A DNA stretch of 64,000 nt from assembly GCA_001244265.2 (NCBI GenBank), contig CDLV01000006.1, positions 2,108,001 to 2,172,000 of the forward strand. Reading direction: 5' to 3'. Position numbers and translations under genes: made by a program. This DNA is from Microbotryum violaceum. Taxonomy: Eukaryota. Positions 51,789 through 64,000 of the stretch are shown here, one piece after another. Position 1 is the stretch's first letter. Each line of letters begins with the position of its first letter. A model generated the notes under the pieces. The model did no database searches, had not been told where the DNA came from, and worked only from the letters and a program-made list of their open reading frames with translations.

Positions 51789-54700
51789 TTTTTTTTTATC
51801 TAATAGATTTCATCAACAGCATATTTATATTAATGCCTAAAAATCCTCGGAAAAGACAGAGGGAATGCAGTTAAGCACACTGGCTAGGCCAGTAGTGTAG
51901 GACTCGTTGACCTTGGAACAAAATCAACCATACCCACTAAAAAACTCCTTAGGTGATTACAGCAAAACCAGTCGTCCTTTGGACTCCTGGATGGACGCGC
52001 GGAGCTCCTCGAATGCCGTTTCGGCGATCGGCTCCAGAGGATCCGACGAAAATCGGCGGTGACGAGAGAGCTTCCAGATCGCGTGGAAGAAGAGTAGACA
52101 CAGCTCGACGAGTCGGCGTTCCGAGCGAGAAACGACCGGGCACACGAACTGAACAAAGTCGGGGTGTGGGAAAGGAGTGAGCGCAGACCAGAGGCGGCGG
52201 GCAAACGGGCAACCGACCACTAGGTGTGCCAGGGTCTCCGGAGCCTCCGACAGGCACATGACACATGCGGTAGATCGATTGTGGAGAAAAGGGCTGTTTG
52301 GAGAAGCGAGTTGGCTACCTGGATGAAGTGACCCCAGGGAGAGGAGGTGGGCCGTGTCTTCGGCGTCCGAATGAACCCTGCGAACCTTGCGTAGCGCCTT
52401 CCACCAGGCATTCCAGCGTTGCTCAGGGAGACAGAAAACCCTCTGATGACCGACAGGGAGGATAGGAGGGTAAAGGAAGGCTTGGTGGCGTTTGGACGCG
52501 TTCACAAACGAATACGGAGTCATCACCTCGCCATCGGGTCCTCGGAAAAGCGTCGGGTTCACCGAGAGTTGGATTCCGTGGCCTACTGGGAAGTAGAGGA
52601 CGTGTGTTGCCCATCGCTCGAGATTCGGGCTCTTGGAAAGTTCGGGGGGGTTGAGCGTTGTCACCAAATCCAGGCTTCGAAGTAGCGGATCCATGGTGGA
52701 GGGAGCAGCGCCTTTGTCTTCCTCACCGCGCGTTCCCACTGTGGAGGAGGGTGGCAAAAGTAGTCCCACCAGATCCAGACCCACGAGCGACGATGCGGGT
52801 TGGGGCCCGATTTGGGCAAGGTAAAGGGGATGCGTTCGTTCGCCGCCTGAAGGCGAGTGCGGATGTCGAAGAGGTGCCGAATGAAGCAGCCGTCCGGGTC
52901 CCGAAGATGCAAGACCCACTTGGCGTGATCGATCGCGAGACGCCGAGGTAAGTCGATCAAACCGAAGCCACCGTGGTCGAGAGGGGTGCAGAGGCGCAGG
53001 CGAGAGACCTTCGGGGGTTTCTGAGATCCGTCCGAGGCTCGACCGTGGATAGCGATCATGACCACGTCCTCGATCTCCTTAACAACGCTCTTGGGAGATG
53101 GGAAGAAGCGATTGTAGTAGAGAATCTTCGTGTAGCAGTAGGTATTGATTATCGAACATTTCGCTGCGTACGAAAAGTCGTACATCGGGATCGGGATGGA
53201 TCGTATCCGGGCGACGGTCGCGGACTTGACCTCCTCCCAGCCCGCATCCTCGGCGATGTCCACCCCAACCTGCACTCCCAGGTAACGAAACTGCGAGTCA
53301 CTGAGACGCCAGGGCCCGAGGTGTGAAGGGATCGGACGGTCCCTGAATGACCTGAGGGGGTAGGGAAAGATTTGGCGTCGCTGAGCTTGCTGGCACTTGC
53401 CCGCTCGTACAGCTCGATCGCCCGATTGAGGTGGTCGAGGTCCGAAGTGTCGTGGAGAGCACAGCAGGCATCGTCGGTGAAGAGAAGTTTTCGTATGGTT
53501 GGGAGCCCCGGGCTCGCGATGCCCTTGACTTGTGATCGTATCTGTACGGCGAAGCCCTCGATTGCGAGAACGAAAAGCGACGGAGCCAGCGGATCGCCTT
53601 GTCGAACTCCCGAGAGGACATCGAACGCGGCCGAGAGCCATCCGTTGAGGTATATCGAGGCGGATTGGTTTGTATAAGTCGCTCGGTACCATTGGCGGGT
53701 TTTCGGGCCAAGGCCAACGGCGCTGAGGACGGCATCGATGTACGCGTGGGAAAGACGGTCGTAAGCCTTCTCAAAGTCCATCACTGCGAGCAGACCGGAC
53801 ACCTGCTCTGAACCCGGGAGCCCAGGATCCATGAGACACTGCACCTCGGCGATGTTCGTGCCAATCCAGCGGTTCGGAACGAAACCGCGCTGGGTCGAGC
53901 CGATCAGGGTCTCGAGCAGAGGGGCAAGGCGCTGGTTCTGGGCTTGGGAGATGATGCGATCATCAGCGTTGATGAGTGAGATGGGGCGTTTGTTCACCAG
54001 CCGATCCCTCTCGCCGCGCTTGTGGATGAGGTGGATGTGGGCAGTGTGGCGGGCCGACGTTCGAGAACTGGCGTCGTCGGTGGGGATCGAGTTGATGACG
54101 TCGCGGAGGATGGGGCCTGTGGCTGTCCACGTTGCGCGGTAAAACTCGACCGGGAGACCGTCGGGTCCAGGCGAGGAGTTCGACTTACACGCCTCTAGTG
54201 CCTTTGTCATCTCCTCTAGGGGGTACGCTCCTTCGAGCTTGTCCGAATCGGCATGGGATAGGCGAGTCGAGGCGAGGCCGTCGATGATCTTCTCCAAGGC
54301 GTCGTCATCGATAGCGCGATCCTCGTAGACCCCTTCGAAGTACTTGCTAGCGGCTCCAAGCATCGAGTCGGGGTCGGAGTGGACGACATTGTCGACCGAG
54401 AGGGAAGGGATGAGGTCGGATGCGCGCACTTTGCGTAGGCGGATGAAGATGGAAGATGGGCCCGCGAGGGAAGGATCGATGCGGGACCGCAAAGCCGCGC
54501 CGTAGCGCGAGTGATCTGCCTTCTCCTCCTCCGATCCTCCACGTCGGAAGCGGGCAAGTGTGCGAGCCAGAGCCTGAAGCTCGGGCAGCAAGTGTTGTTT
54601 GGTGGACGTCCAAGCTGCTGATGGATCGTTGGGCGTCTGGAGGAGGGCTTTGTTGTAGAGGGTGCGGACAATGGAGGTGAGGTACTCGCAGGTCGCGTTG

Positions 54701-56950
54701 CCCTCGATCACGTGCAAACCCAGCTTGAATTTGCCCGGACCGATGTCGATTGCGCCCGGCACTTGGAACCGTGCCACAACCATTGAGTGCGTCGATTTGA
54801 GGACAGGAGCCCAAATTTTGTGATCATGGAAGAGGTCGACCCAATCAGGCAAGACATAGATGCGGTCAAGGCGACGGCACGTGCCGGGCGCTGAGCGATT
54901 CGTCGTGGCTCGTCCTTTGGGATGATGGAGCCGATAGGCGTCAAAGAGGTTGTTGGCCGTGGCAAGGTCGCGCATCTCCTGGCCCCCATAATTCGTCCCG
55001 TTTTGGTTCTCCAATCGAGGGGTTGGGACTCAACACAATTCCAGTCCCCCCGACTAGGAGCACAGGCGGCGAGGGGTCGTCGCGCACGACTTGTCGGAGG
55101 GCGGTGCTGAGATCTGAGAGGAAACGCTTTTTGTCTGGCTTGTCGGAGGAAGGCGCGTATATTGATACAACCCGGATTTTTGAGTCTCCCACACGAAAGG
55201 TGGCGTCGGTGACTCGGTCCGGGAAAGAGAAAGAGGCACGAAGAGTGTTTGGAGGTGACTCGGGATCAATAGTGATGACCACGGAGTCGCTCTTCCAGAG
55301 TAGTATGGCAGTGTTGTTGAGAGGAGTGAAAAGAGCGGAGAGCTTTAAGTCTTGGCACTCCTGAGTCCACTGGGCCACCCTTTCGGGGAAGGTCGGCCAG
55401 TTTCGCTCAGGAGAAAGACGTCGGCGTTATGGGAGCGGAGATTGGAGAAAAGAGAGGCACGCTTACGGTCTTCATTGATTGACTGCACGTTGGCAGCAAC
55501 AAAAGACACGTTTGGGATTTTAGTTGTGCTCATCGTCTTGCTCCATAGCGTCGTCCACGTCCTCGGAGGGCGTTTCTTGGTCTTTGGCTTCTTCGTCGGC
55601 ATCTTCGTCGGCGTCGGTGTCATCGGGTCGGGCTTTGGGCGCGGCTGAGGGCAACGGCGAGGAGGGCCCGGGGGTCGGCTCGGAGGCTTCGGGGGCAGGC
55701 GTAGTGGGAGGGTCGTCACGAGTGGCTGGCGTGGAGAGGACGGCAATCGACTGGGAACGAGTGACGATCGTCTTTGGCGTTGGCGTGGCCGGGGGAGGGC
55801 TTGGGGGCGGAGGGTCGTCTCCGAGCTGGGGGACTCGGAGGATTTTTCAACGAGGGGATGGGTAGTTCCCTGGTTGGAGGCGGGCAGGGGGCGGAGTTCG
55901 GGAGGAAATTAAAGGAGAACTCGGGGCGAGGAGTCTCCGACAGGGGTTCGGGCTGAGCCCTGTTGGACGGATCTTGAGGCTGGGCAGCCAGGTCCTGGTC
56001 AGGGTCCACTCGACGTTTTTTGGTCTTCGACGCGCGGTCGGGTGCGGGTGGCGCAGGGATCGACTTGGAGGCCCGGGGGGCTTTGGTCCACGGTGGAGGC
56101 TTGCGCTGGACGTGACTCGGGAGTGCCGAGGCGGCGGCCCGGGCAATGCTGGCTGGCGTGCGAGGTGCTTGCGCACGACTTGCACGCCGGGCCGACGGGG
56201 CAGTCCTTACGGACATGGGCCGCGGAACGGCAGAAAACAGTGGCGCATGCCACCGGTGATCCTGAGCGGGATTCGCTCGGTCACGCCGTCGCGTTCAATG
56301 GAGATGGACGCAGGAGGCATTTTTTTGGGGTCCTCGAGGGAAAGAACAAAGTCATACACCCCAGAGATGTGCCTAGTCTTGCCGATGTAATGAGTGCGGC
56401 GAAGGAGGACCTTGCCGTACTCGGCAATCTGCTCGTCAAAGAGGCGGAGGCCCTCTACATCGGAGAAGAAGCCAGAGAGGGTGCATTGAATTACACCAGT
56501 AGTGGCTGAGAATAGTTTCTCGACTTGGCACAAGGTCTTTCCAACAGTCAGACCATTCGCGACCAGGCCGGCGATGTCGGCGTCCTTGAGGAATCGGATG
56601 CCGTGTTGTCCCTTGATGACGCAGGGCATGGCGCCTGCAAGGGACGGGTAGTGGTGATCGAGTGCTGAGAGCACTTTCTCAGAGGTGGTCGCGGGAGGGG
56701 TCTTGATGATTACACAGTTGGCGATGTTGTGAATCATCGGGTGGGAGGCGACAGTGGTCGCGGTGGCGGGGGTGGCGTTGGTCTTCGCATGGGACCGGGC
56801 GGAGACGGCCGCGGAGTACGACTTGGTTTGGGCGGTGGCGGTGACGCCGGTGGGGTCGGGAGGACAATTAAGTGCTATAGCACCAGGGGTGGCATTGCTG
56901 GTGTCGTTATTGTTGTGGTTGTTCATGCATGGCACTCGCTGTGTCGATCC
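51789..56950 (-). mobile_element. L1/Tx1-like non-LTR retrotransposon, copy 2 (full length, frameshifted); ORF1 56926-55520, ORF2 55533-51957
   Basis: CCHC ORF1; APE; complete RT (SPGPDG, RPISL, DFEKAYD, GVRQGDPL, FTDD); C-terminal CCHC. Poly(A) appears as the T run at 51789-51797. Candidate TSD GTGAGG at 51782-51787 and 56951-56956. Confidence 0.95.
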
Positions 56951-57051
56951 GTGAGGTGGCGAGCGCGCCGCCGAACCTAGTGACACTATAATAAACATCT
57001 ACCTAAAAGAATACACGACGAAATAAGGTTCACAGCCGCGCGCTATATCCG

Positions 57052-57400
57052 AATACCTAGAAATCTTTGGAAAAGTCGGAGGAAATGCATTTAAGCACAC
57101 TGGCTAGGCCAGTAGTGTAGGACCCATTGACCCTGAGTCAGATCAATCATGCCCGCCAAATCCCCCTTGGGTGATTTACAGAGACACAAGGCAAGCCTTG
57201 GACCCCTGAATTGACGCTCGAGCTCTTCGAGTGCCATTTCGGTGATCGGCTCCAAAGAATTCGACGAGAATCGGCGCCGGCGAACCCTGTGAATCTATCG
57301 ACCGACTAGGAAAAGAAAGATGTTTCTCGGCGAGAGAGCTTCCAGATCGAAAGGAAGAAGAGGAGACGTAGCTCGACAAGTCGGCTTTCCGAGCGAGAGA
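57052..57400 (-). mobile_element. 3' fragment of a third LINE of the same family (ORF2 end and 3' UTR, no poly(A))
   Basis: RASIQGSKACLVSL* and a 3' UTR homologous to 23298-23426 and 51830-51956. Confidence 0.85.
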
Positions 57401-57430
57401 GGATCAAAAACGGCGATAAATGATCGCAAA

Positions 57431-57574
57431 TGTAAGGGGATGCCTTACAGGAACAGCCCCCTAAGTAGCCTCTGAGTAGCTAGAACTCTCGAGTTCTAGT
57501 TACGACTTGCTTTTAGCCTGGCGGTCAAAAACAACAGATTGTATTCTATGCACATCAGAGGCGCATACCGTACA
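57431..57574. mobile_element. Solo LTR, internally deleted copy of 48053-48276
   Basis: TGTAAGGGGATGCCTTACAG...GAGGCGCATACCGTACA, about 80 bp shorter. Flanks GCAAA and GCACT match only partly. Confidence 0.8.
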
Positions 57575-58168
57575 GCACTGAATGCAGACAATAACGCGCT
57601 CCAAACGCAAACAGCGCGCCGCTGGGCCGGCTATGCCCTTCGCCTCCACCTCCCGCTACCCTGGTTTGCGCTTCAAAGTTCGACCGGAGGCAGGAAAATG
57701 TCCAAAAATGAGGTGAGCCTCGACCCATTTTGAGCCAAAAACGTCCAAATTTGCGGGCTGCCTAGCCGATTTTCCGGGTCCCAGAATGTCCAAATTTGCG
57801 GGCCGCCTCTGGCTGGGCTTTCGGGGGTCCTGCCACCCCCCATCTCTCAGACATGGTGGCCAGACGCAACTGGCGCGCTTGTCTCCTTTTTTTGTCCGTT
57901 ATTTTGGCGTAGATTTTTGATGGGCGACGGGCACGGGATCTACCCCTTGGTGCCACCATCTCCGCCCCAATCCGCCCCTCACCTCCCCTCACCGGCCTGA
58001 CCCGCTGGCGCACTCCACTCGCACTCCATCGCGACTGTGGCGCCTCCCTTTCAGCCGAGCTAGGAAAGCGTCCTTGTCGACGAACTTGCTGCTGCCCTGC
58101 GGGGTGAAGCAAGACGACGAAAAGGAACCCATTCACGGCCTCGTACACTACCGTCTCCATCAAGCGCC

Positions 58169-61100
58169 ATGTCACATTCGAGCGCCGATCCCCCTGCACC
58201 CGCTGGCTCAGCTGAGGTGATCATCCCCCGCTTACCTCCACCCCAGTTCGAGCCTCGCGAGAAGGGGCAGCCTCGACTGACCTTGTTCACGGGCACCACG
58301 GGCGAGTTCGAAGCGCTCAATCGGGCCTTCAAGCGACCACGGCATGTCCAGTCGGAACCCGTACCCTCGCCATCGCTCGAGACGGCTGGAGTCGATTCGA
58401 ATCAAGGATGCACGGCGACGGTAGATCAGCAGCAAACATCGGCAACGGCGGCGAGTGAAAGCGCGGGTGCGAAGCGACCCCGGCTCAGCTTATCGACCCC
58501 GTCACAGACCTCGCGTACACCCATCGTTCGACAACTTACACCCGGGGATCAGGACCAAAGCGCTCAACCCCTCCGATCCCAGGGCGTTGCCTTGGTGAAC
58601 GAGGTCCTGACTCGGATTGTGCTTTTCCGACCGGGAAACACAGAGCGCCGAGCGAGGTGGGGCGGCAACCCGAGGTTCTGGGATGAGTATAGCGCGATCG
58701 AGTGTGCACTCGTCACGTTTACTAACGACAAAGCCGCACACGCTGTGTTTTCTCCCACCCTCTTGGTCGAGTTCAAAAAGACTCTTCTGGGCCAAATGAC
58801 GCTCGCGTGCGTCAATTCTTCTCTGATCTCACATTGGCGGGATCTTGTTTCGCCGGTTCTCCAGTGTTTGAGCTGATACGCGAGCTTTGCCTCTGTGTAC
58901 CCATAGACAAGCAATACCCTTCTCCGGGCAGCAATTTGAAACCGCGATGAACCGCGTGCAATCCTTGATCAATCACCTCCGAGCGCTTTACTGCTCGACA
59001 TGCCTGTGTCGAGCTCTGCCCCTGGTCGTCGAGTCGCAATGGATCGACATCGTCCGTGCACCGTCGAACCCCCATTCGACAAGTCCGCAGAATTTTCCTC
59101 CTCCGACCCATGAACCGCCTCCGCTTCCATCCACGGCCCATTCTACAACGTCTCGCGCGACACCAGAGTCGGCGCCGGGAAACCAAGATTGTTCGCGATT
59201 TAGACCTTCGCCTCCCACATCGAGCTTGCTTAATACCGAACAGCCTTCCACCTCAGCAGTCAGCTCTCTGACACATTCTTTGGGCCAAAATTTGCCTGCG
59301 ATTGCGCCATCAAGCGTCATACTCCCTCCACGACATCGATCTCGGCTTGAAATTCCGGGATCTGCCGCTTCCCAGGGACCATCGCCTCCACCGACCAGCA
59401 CCACTTCACAAAGCTCAAAGCAGGGTTTCAACTCGAACCCTTCCCTAGGTGTCTCGTCTGGGATCGTGTACGGGACTAGTGCAAGCTGGAACGCTTCGCC
59501 ATTCCTCTCGAACAGCGCCAGGGAACCTCCCACCCAGGGATCACCGCTCAATCGCTCCCCGCCCCGATTCCAGTCCCAATTTGGACCGTCGCCCTCGTCC
59601 CTTCCTCCTCGCAGCTCTCATATACAAGAATCTTCACATTGGAGACAACCTCGACAGATACCCCAATCTCGGCCCGGCCCCGTACATCCGCATCCCCAAG
59701 GGCTATCAACGACGCACCGATCCCCTCCTCTCGGTGGATCGGCCGGCCCATTCCCCCCTCAACAACTTCAGATGCCGATCGAGGCCGAGTTGGAAAGAAT
59801 CTACCAGATGGGAATATCGGCGGGTCGACGTTATGAACATGAAAAAGTACATGGCAAGGAACGAGCCAGAGCGGAAGCGGAGACACCCTCTCAAGCCTCG
59901 GCTCCGCCCCGACTATCCCAGGACTTTGCCCAAGCGCTGGCGCAACCGCAAGCGTCAATGCAGGCGACGGAAAAGATGCAAAGCCTGGCAAAGGCCCAGG
60001 TGCAAGCTTCAATTCGAGCACCCGCCCCTCGAGTTGCTCCTCCGCCGAACGATTCCGGCCACGGGCAAATGCAGTCGCCCGCGCCGAATTATGTAGCCTA
60101 TCGAGGGAAGCTACCCCAGAACTCGGGACCCAACATGCTGCAGATGATTAATTCGAGGCCGATGCATTTTAGCGCCGATGTTTCGCCGACTCTACCACAT
60201 GATCAGCTTGTCGGTGTCCCCGCTCGAGTTCCTTCACCGACCGAACAGTTCCGCGCATCCCTGCATCGACCTCCCGCTTTCATCGAGGGCACCGAAGGTC
60301 TGCCGGAACATTTCGGCCCCGTCTATGTGCTCCTCAACTTGGCCGCCACGCCCGACGTTGCGAAAGGTGTCCTCGGCTTCCTATTGGACACTCTTCCCAT
60401 TTCGACTGCTTTGGACGTCATTGTCACGCGGCTGCGCGAAAGTGCACGTCGGTTCATTACGCGACCCCCGAAAGATCATCATCAGCTCCTTATGCGCGTG
60501 GTGCCGTTTTACAACGCGTTCGCCGATCACACAGCCGAACAGCTCAAGTTGGGCCGGATGAGCCTCCAAGCCTTCAACGAAGGTACTCTGCGCGTGGATC
60601 AGACCGAGCAGGCCAAGATGATGGGCGGCTTTGAGCAGGCTAAGTACGCCGACAGGGTGTGTGAGATTTTGGCGAGAGCGATCGATACGTGGCATGCGCA
60701 TGTCACCAAGATTCTTGGCCCGACGCCCGTTCCCGCGACTCCTCGTTCCCGTTCGCAGAGTGGTGAAGGGCAAGGAGTCCAGCTTCTTCAGAACGGTCAA
60801 GCGGGTGTTATGCCGTCAATTAGTCATCCGACGCGTCTGTCATCATCACTCGGAACGTCGAGCGTACCCCCCGCCGGGAATGATACTGGGGCACCGTTAG
60901 ATCGTGCGATCAAACGCACCCACCGATCGTCGCGCAGCGAGTCAAACGTGGCCGTTCAGCAAAACCCTCCTCCGTCAAACAATGCAGGAGCTGCGCCAAG
61001 GAGAGTGTCTGGTCCCTCACCCGTTCCTGCAGAGAAGAACCTTGCCGTGGCACCTCAGTCGAGGCCGTCGTCCCGTCTGAGCCCTCCACCTCAGCCTGTG

Positions 61101-61316
61101 CAACCACCACCGACGGCGCGAGACAGACTTCGAGCCAAACGCGAAGAACTCGTCCCTGCACTCGAAAAGGTGATTCAAGCTGTGGAGTCGTTCCAAACGC
61201 AGTCGTCAGCGCACGAAGACTATGCGGCACTCGTTCAACGCTTCAAAAAGGCCAAAATCGAGCGCGAACGACAAAAAAGCGCCGCCTCCGCCGCTTCTGT
61301 CTCCCCTACTTCTTAA
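58169..61316 (+). CDS. Hypothetical Pro/Ser/Gln-rich protein (two long exons, intron ~58847-58906)
   Basis: 235-aa and 809-aa ORFs joined across a GT..CTGAT..CATAG interval; no recognisable domain. Confidence 0.7.
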
Positions 61317-61339
61317 GATTCCCCCTTGACCATCCCCTG

Positions 61340-61340
<1 letters not shown>

Positions 61341-61396
<56 letters not shown>
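61341..61396. repeat. (CT)28 microsatellite
   Basis: Perfect CT dinucleotide run just downstream of the stop at 61316. Confidence 0.95.
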
Positions 61397-61401
<5 letters not shown>

Positions 61402-61886
61402 CGTTTTGCTGCTTGGCTCGAACCGTAGTGATCCTTTGTTGTTAGATTATGCATGCCGTACCTTTGTTTCACGTGTTCGCGAACCGTACGTAGGCGCCCG
61501 GATCGATCGGGCCCGGCACGACGACGCGCGTCAGGCGCTCAGATCCCCGGCGCCGTCGACCTGCCTCCTGTTTGACTTACCCCTGAGTATACTAGCGGTC
61601 AGTTCACTGTTCTGTATGTTTGGGCCGGCGTTTGGGCCGCCTGGAGCGCTTCCACCTTTTGCATCGACCCACCTCGCCGACACCACCTCTTCACGACATC
61701 ACACGACCATCACGACGCGGCCCATTCGCCTACGAAAATCTCGACAACACCTCTTCTGCGCCGCGCGCTCCTTGCCCAACCCTTCTCCTATCTGGTTCAA
61801 CGTCTCTCGCCGTCGGGTTCACTCAACATCCCCCCTCATCGACCCTCGATCGACGTATTTTTTGACGATCGGACGCGAAGTTCGGC

Positions 61887-64000
61887 ATGGCTGCGTTCGG
61901 ATCCAAGGTGATCATGGGCTCTGATACCCACTACAACGATGCCAATACTATCCTCTTTGTCACACTCGGTTGTACGATTGCTTCGTAAGTCGAGTTGAAA
62001 ACGGTTGAGCGGTACAAGCCGCACTTTGGCGACTGATACTCCTGTTGTGTACTCGCTCTCCACCTGCCCCAACTGTCCAGTCTCCTGTGCTCCATTTATA
62101 GCACTCTACGTACCCTCCTCCCCTTATTGGGTCCTCACCCGCTTCAACGACGCACGACGGGCTCCTCGGTCGGCCCCTACGACGCACCTCCTTCCGTCCA
62201 AGAGGAAAAGCGCGTGAGTATACTGCACGTTTTTGACCCTCAAGCCACGGGTTATTGACGTAACAAGAGGTCCTTTCTTACACCAGCCGAGGTTGAAGTC
62301 GGCGCAGCGGTTCACGACCTATCTTGCCGGGTTGGACATCATCGCTGTCTCAGTCTTGGTGTGGGAGGTGCGTCCTGTTCCCCTTTTTAGCAGTCGGTAG
62401 CACTTGAACCTAACCAATTTCACATTGTCACAGACCGCTGTGGCCTCATCTGCTGGCTCTGCGATCGGATCGAGTCGAGCCGGGGCAGCCAGGTTGACGC
62501 TTGCTTGCGCGGCTCGGCCTACTTTGCTCGTGGTGGTCGCTGTTCTCTCTTACGCCAATGTCGTCTTGGGTTGGCTTCTTTCTCTCGAGTTCAGTAATTT
62601 TGACGAAGAGCTGACTCCATGACTCGATCTCAACTCCCAGGACGATCGATCTCGCTCGGCCGTGTCGACTGGGTCGTCTGGTTGCCGGCGCTCTTTCTGG
62701 TGGGACTTGGGACCGGCCTTGCAGGTGCCATTTCGCGAGCTGCTCCTAAAGTATGGATCGGACTGGTCGCGTGGATTGGGCTGTTTGCTCTCATTGGTGC
62801 GTGGGCCGAATTGACCTGGCCGCGCGGATGTTTCATCAGTGAAAGCGTACTCATCAACCCCTCACCCTGTTGCGCAGTGACCATATGCTTTGGACGTATC
62901 CTCGTGGCCATCTTACGCGTTCGCAAGGAAAGTGAGCGTGAACGCAAACGCGACACCTCTCACTGGGCTCTCGAACAAGAGCGTGTCATCCGTAGTAGCA
63001 ACGGTACACGTAATTCGCGTCACTCGCGCCATTCCTACTTCAACCGGCCTCTGGGTAGCCCCTATCTTCCACCGATCCACAGCAACTTCTCTGGTCTGTC
63101 CACTTCATTTATCGGCACAGTCGGTCGTTCGGATTCCACTATCGATTTCTCGATCTATCCGGCGACCATTGAGCCTTCATTCCGGGATGCCAATACGCCG
63201 GCCGTCGGATACGCCCCTTCGCGACCCTCACTGGACCAGGATTTGAACGTCCGAGACTTCCGCTCACCCACCCCTGGTTCTAGTCGGGGCTTGCTTTCCA
63301 GTATGTTTGACACGTTATCTCGAGCTGCGACGCCGAACACGTTTTACACCTCCAGTCCTCCCCCTTCGTCGAAAACCGTTTGCGAGCCCGAGCCCCGTCC
63401 CTCACCAGGTGGCGGAGAACAACAGGGTCCGCATGAGATCCTGACATTCGAAGAACTGCCACGACCTTCTATGTCGTCCAATTTCCCTTCGACCTGCGGA
63501 GAAGGCTTCGTCGGCGGCCCAGCGATTCGAAATGCGATCGTGAAGGAGGTGTGGGCCGGAGCTCCGATTCCTGGGTCCGGCCATGGTCCAACGGTGGAGT
63601 TGTCGAGGAAGGAAGCACTTGGCGCGCTGGTGAGGATCGGAGGACATCTCGCTGGATGCCTCGTCGGATTTGTGAGTCTCGAGCCTGCTCCCTGAATACC
63701 CGACCTGGTGAGCTCACCTGGTCGCCTCTACCGTTTAAAGGCTTTCATCGCACCTTTTCTGTTTGCCCGAATCCTCCGCCCAGATGCGGTCCCCCCTCTT
63801 GTCTCGTCGATGCTGCTCGTGGTTGGTATCTCTCAACCAGGCATCATTCTCGCCGCACAATGCGCGCTCAGCGAAGGCTTCTGGTTCAAGCATCCTATCC
63901 CGCCGGTGCTCACGTCCTCTTCGGCGAGAGATCTCGAGCGCTCTCATGCTCATGATGATGACAATCCTTCGATGCGGGAACGCGCCAGCAGTTTTGCTTC
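61887..64000 (+). CDS. Multi-exon predicted seven-transmembrane protein (GPCR-like topology); runs off the window
   Basis: Splicing at GT..AG sites gives one open frame with seven hydrophobic segments and a long Ser/Pro-rich loop between the fifth and sixth. Confidence 0.7.

Overview
Intron-rich, GC-rich fungal genomic DNA, most consistent with a basidiomycete yeast (Pucciniomycotina/Microbotryomycetes-like; inferred from gene and intron style only). Host genes: RXT3-like, a Cdc15/SepH-type kinase with a C1 finger, SEC39, an AIF/AMID-type FAD oxidoreductase, DPH1, a SWT1-like PIN nuclease, a saccharopine-dehydrogenase-like oxidoreductase, TRM5, an orphan Pro/Ser-rich protein and an orphan 7-TM protein. 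These alternate with transposon islands. (i) 1.7-6 kb: a MET17-like pseudogene interrupted by a long-TIR element (9-bp TSD) and a solo LTR carrying a tRNA-like Pol III cassette. (ii) 11-28.5 kb: a decayed CACTA-like/Ulp1-protease element and an L1/Tx1-like LINE whose RT core is missing exactly from a GTAAGT splice donor. (iii) 42.8-57.8 kb: two copies of a TIR family (AGGACCCCCGAAAGCCCAGCC, 8-bp TSD). One carries a decayed homolog of the Ulp1-associated gene; the other holds a Helitron that holds a second LINE, plus a LINE fragment and solo LTRs. Top candidates for novelty: the apparently spliced, retrotransposed LINE isoform, the endonuclease-module swap between LINE subfamilies, the tRNA-bearing LTR, and the Ulp1-cargo TIR family. 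All family assignments come from motif recognition by eye, not database searches.
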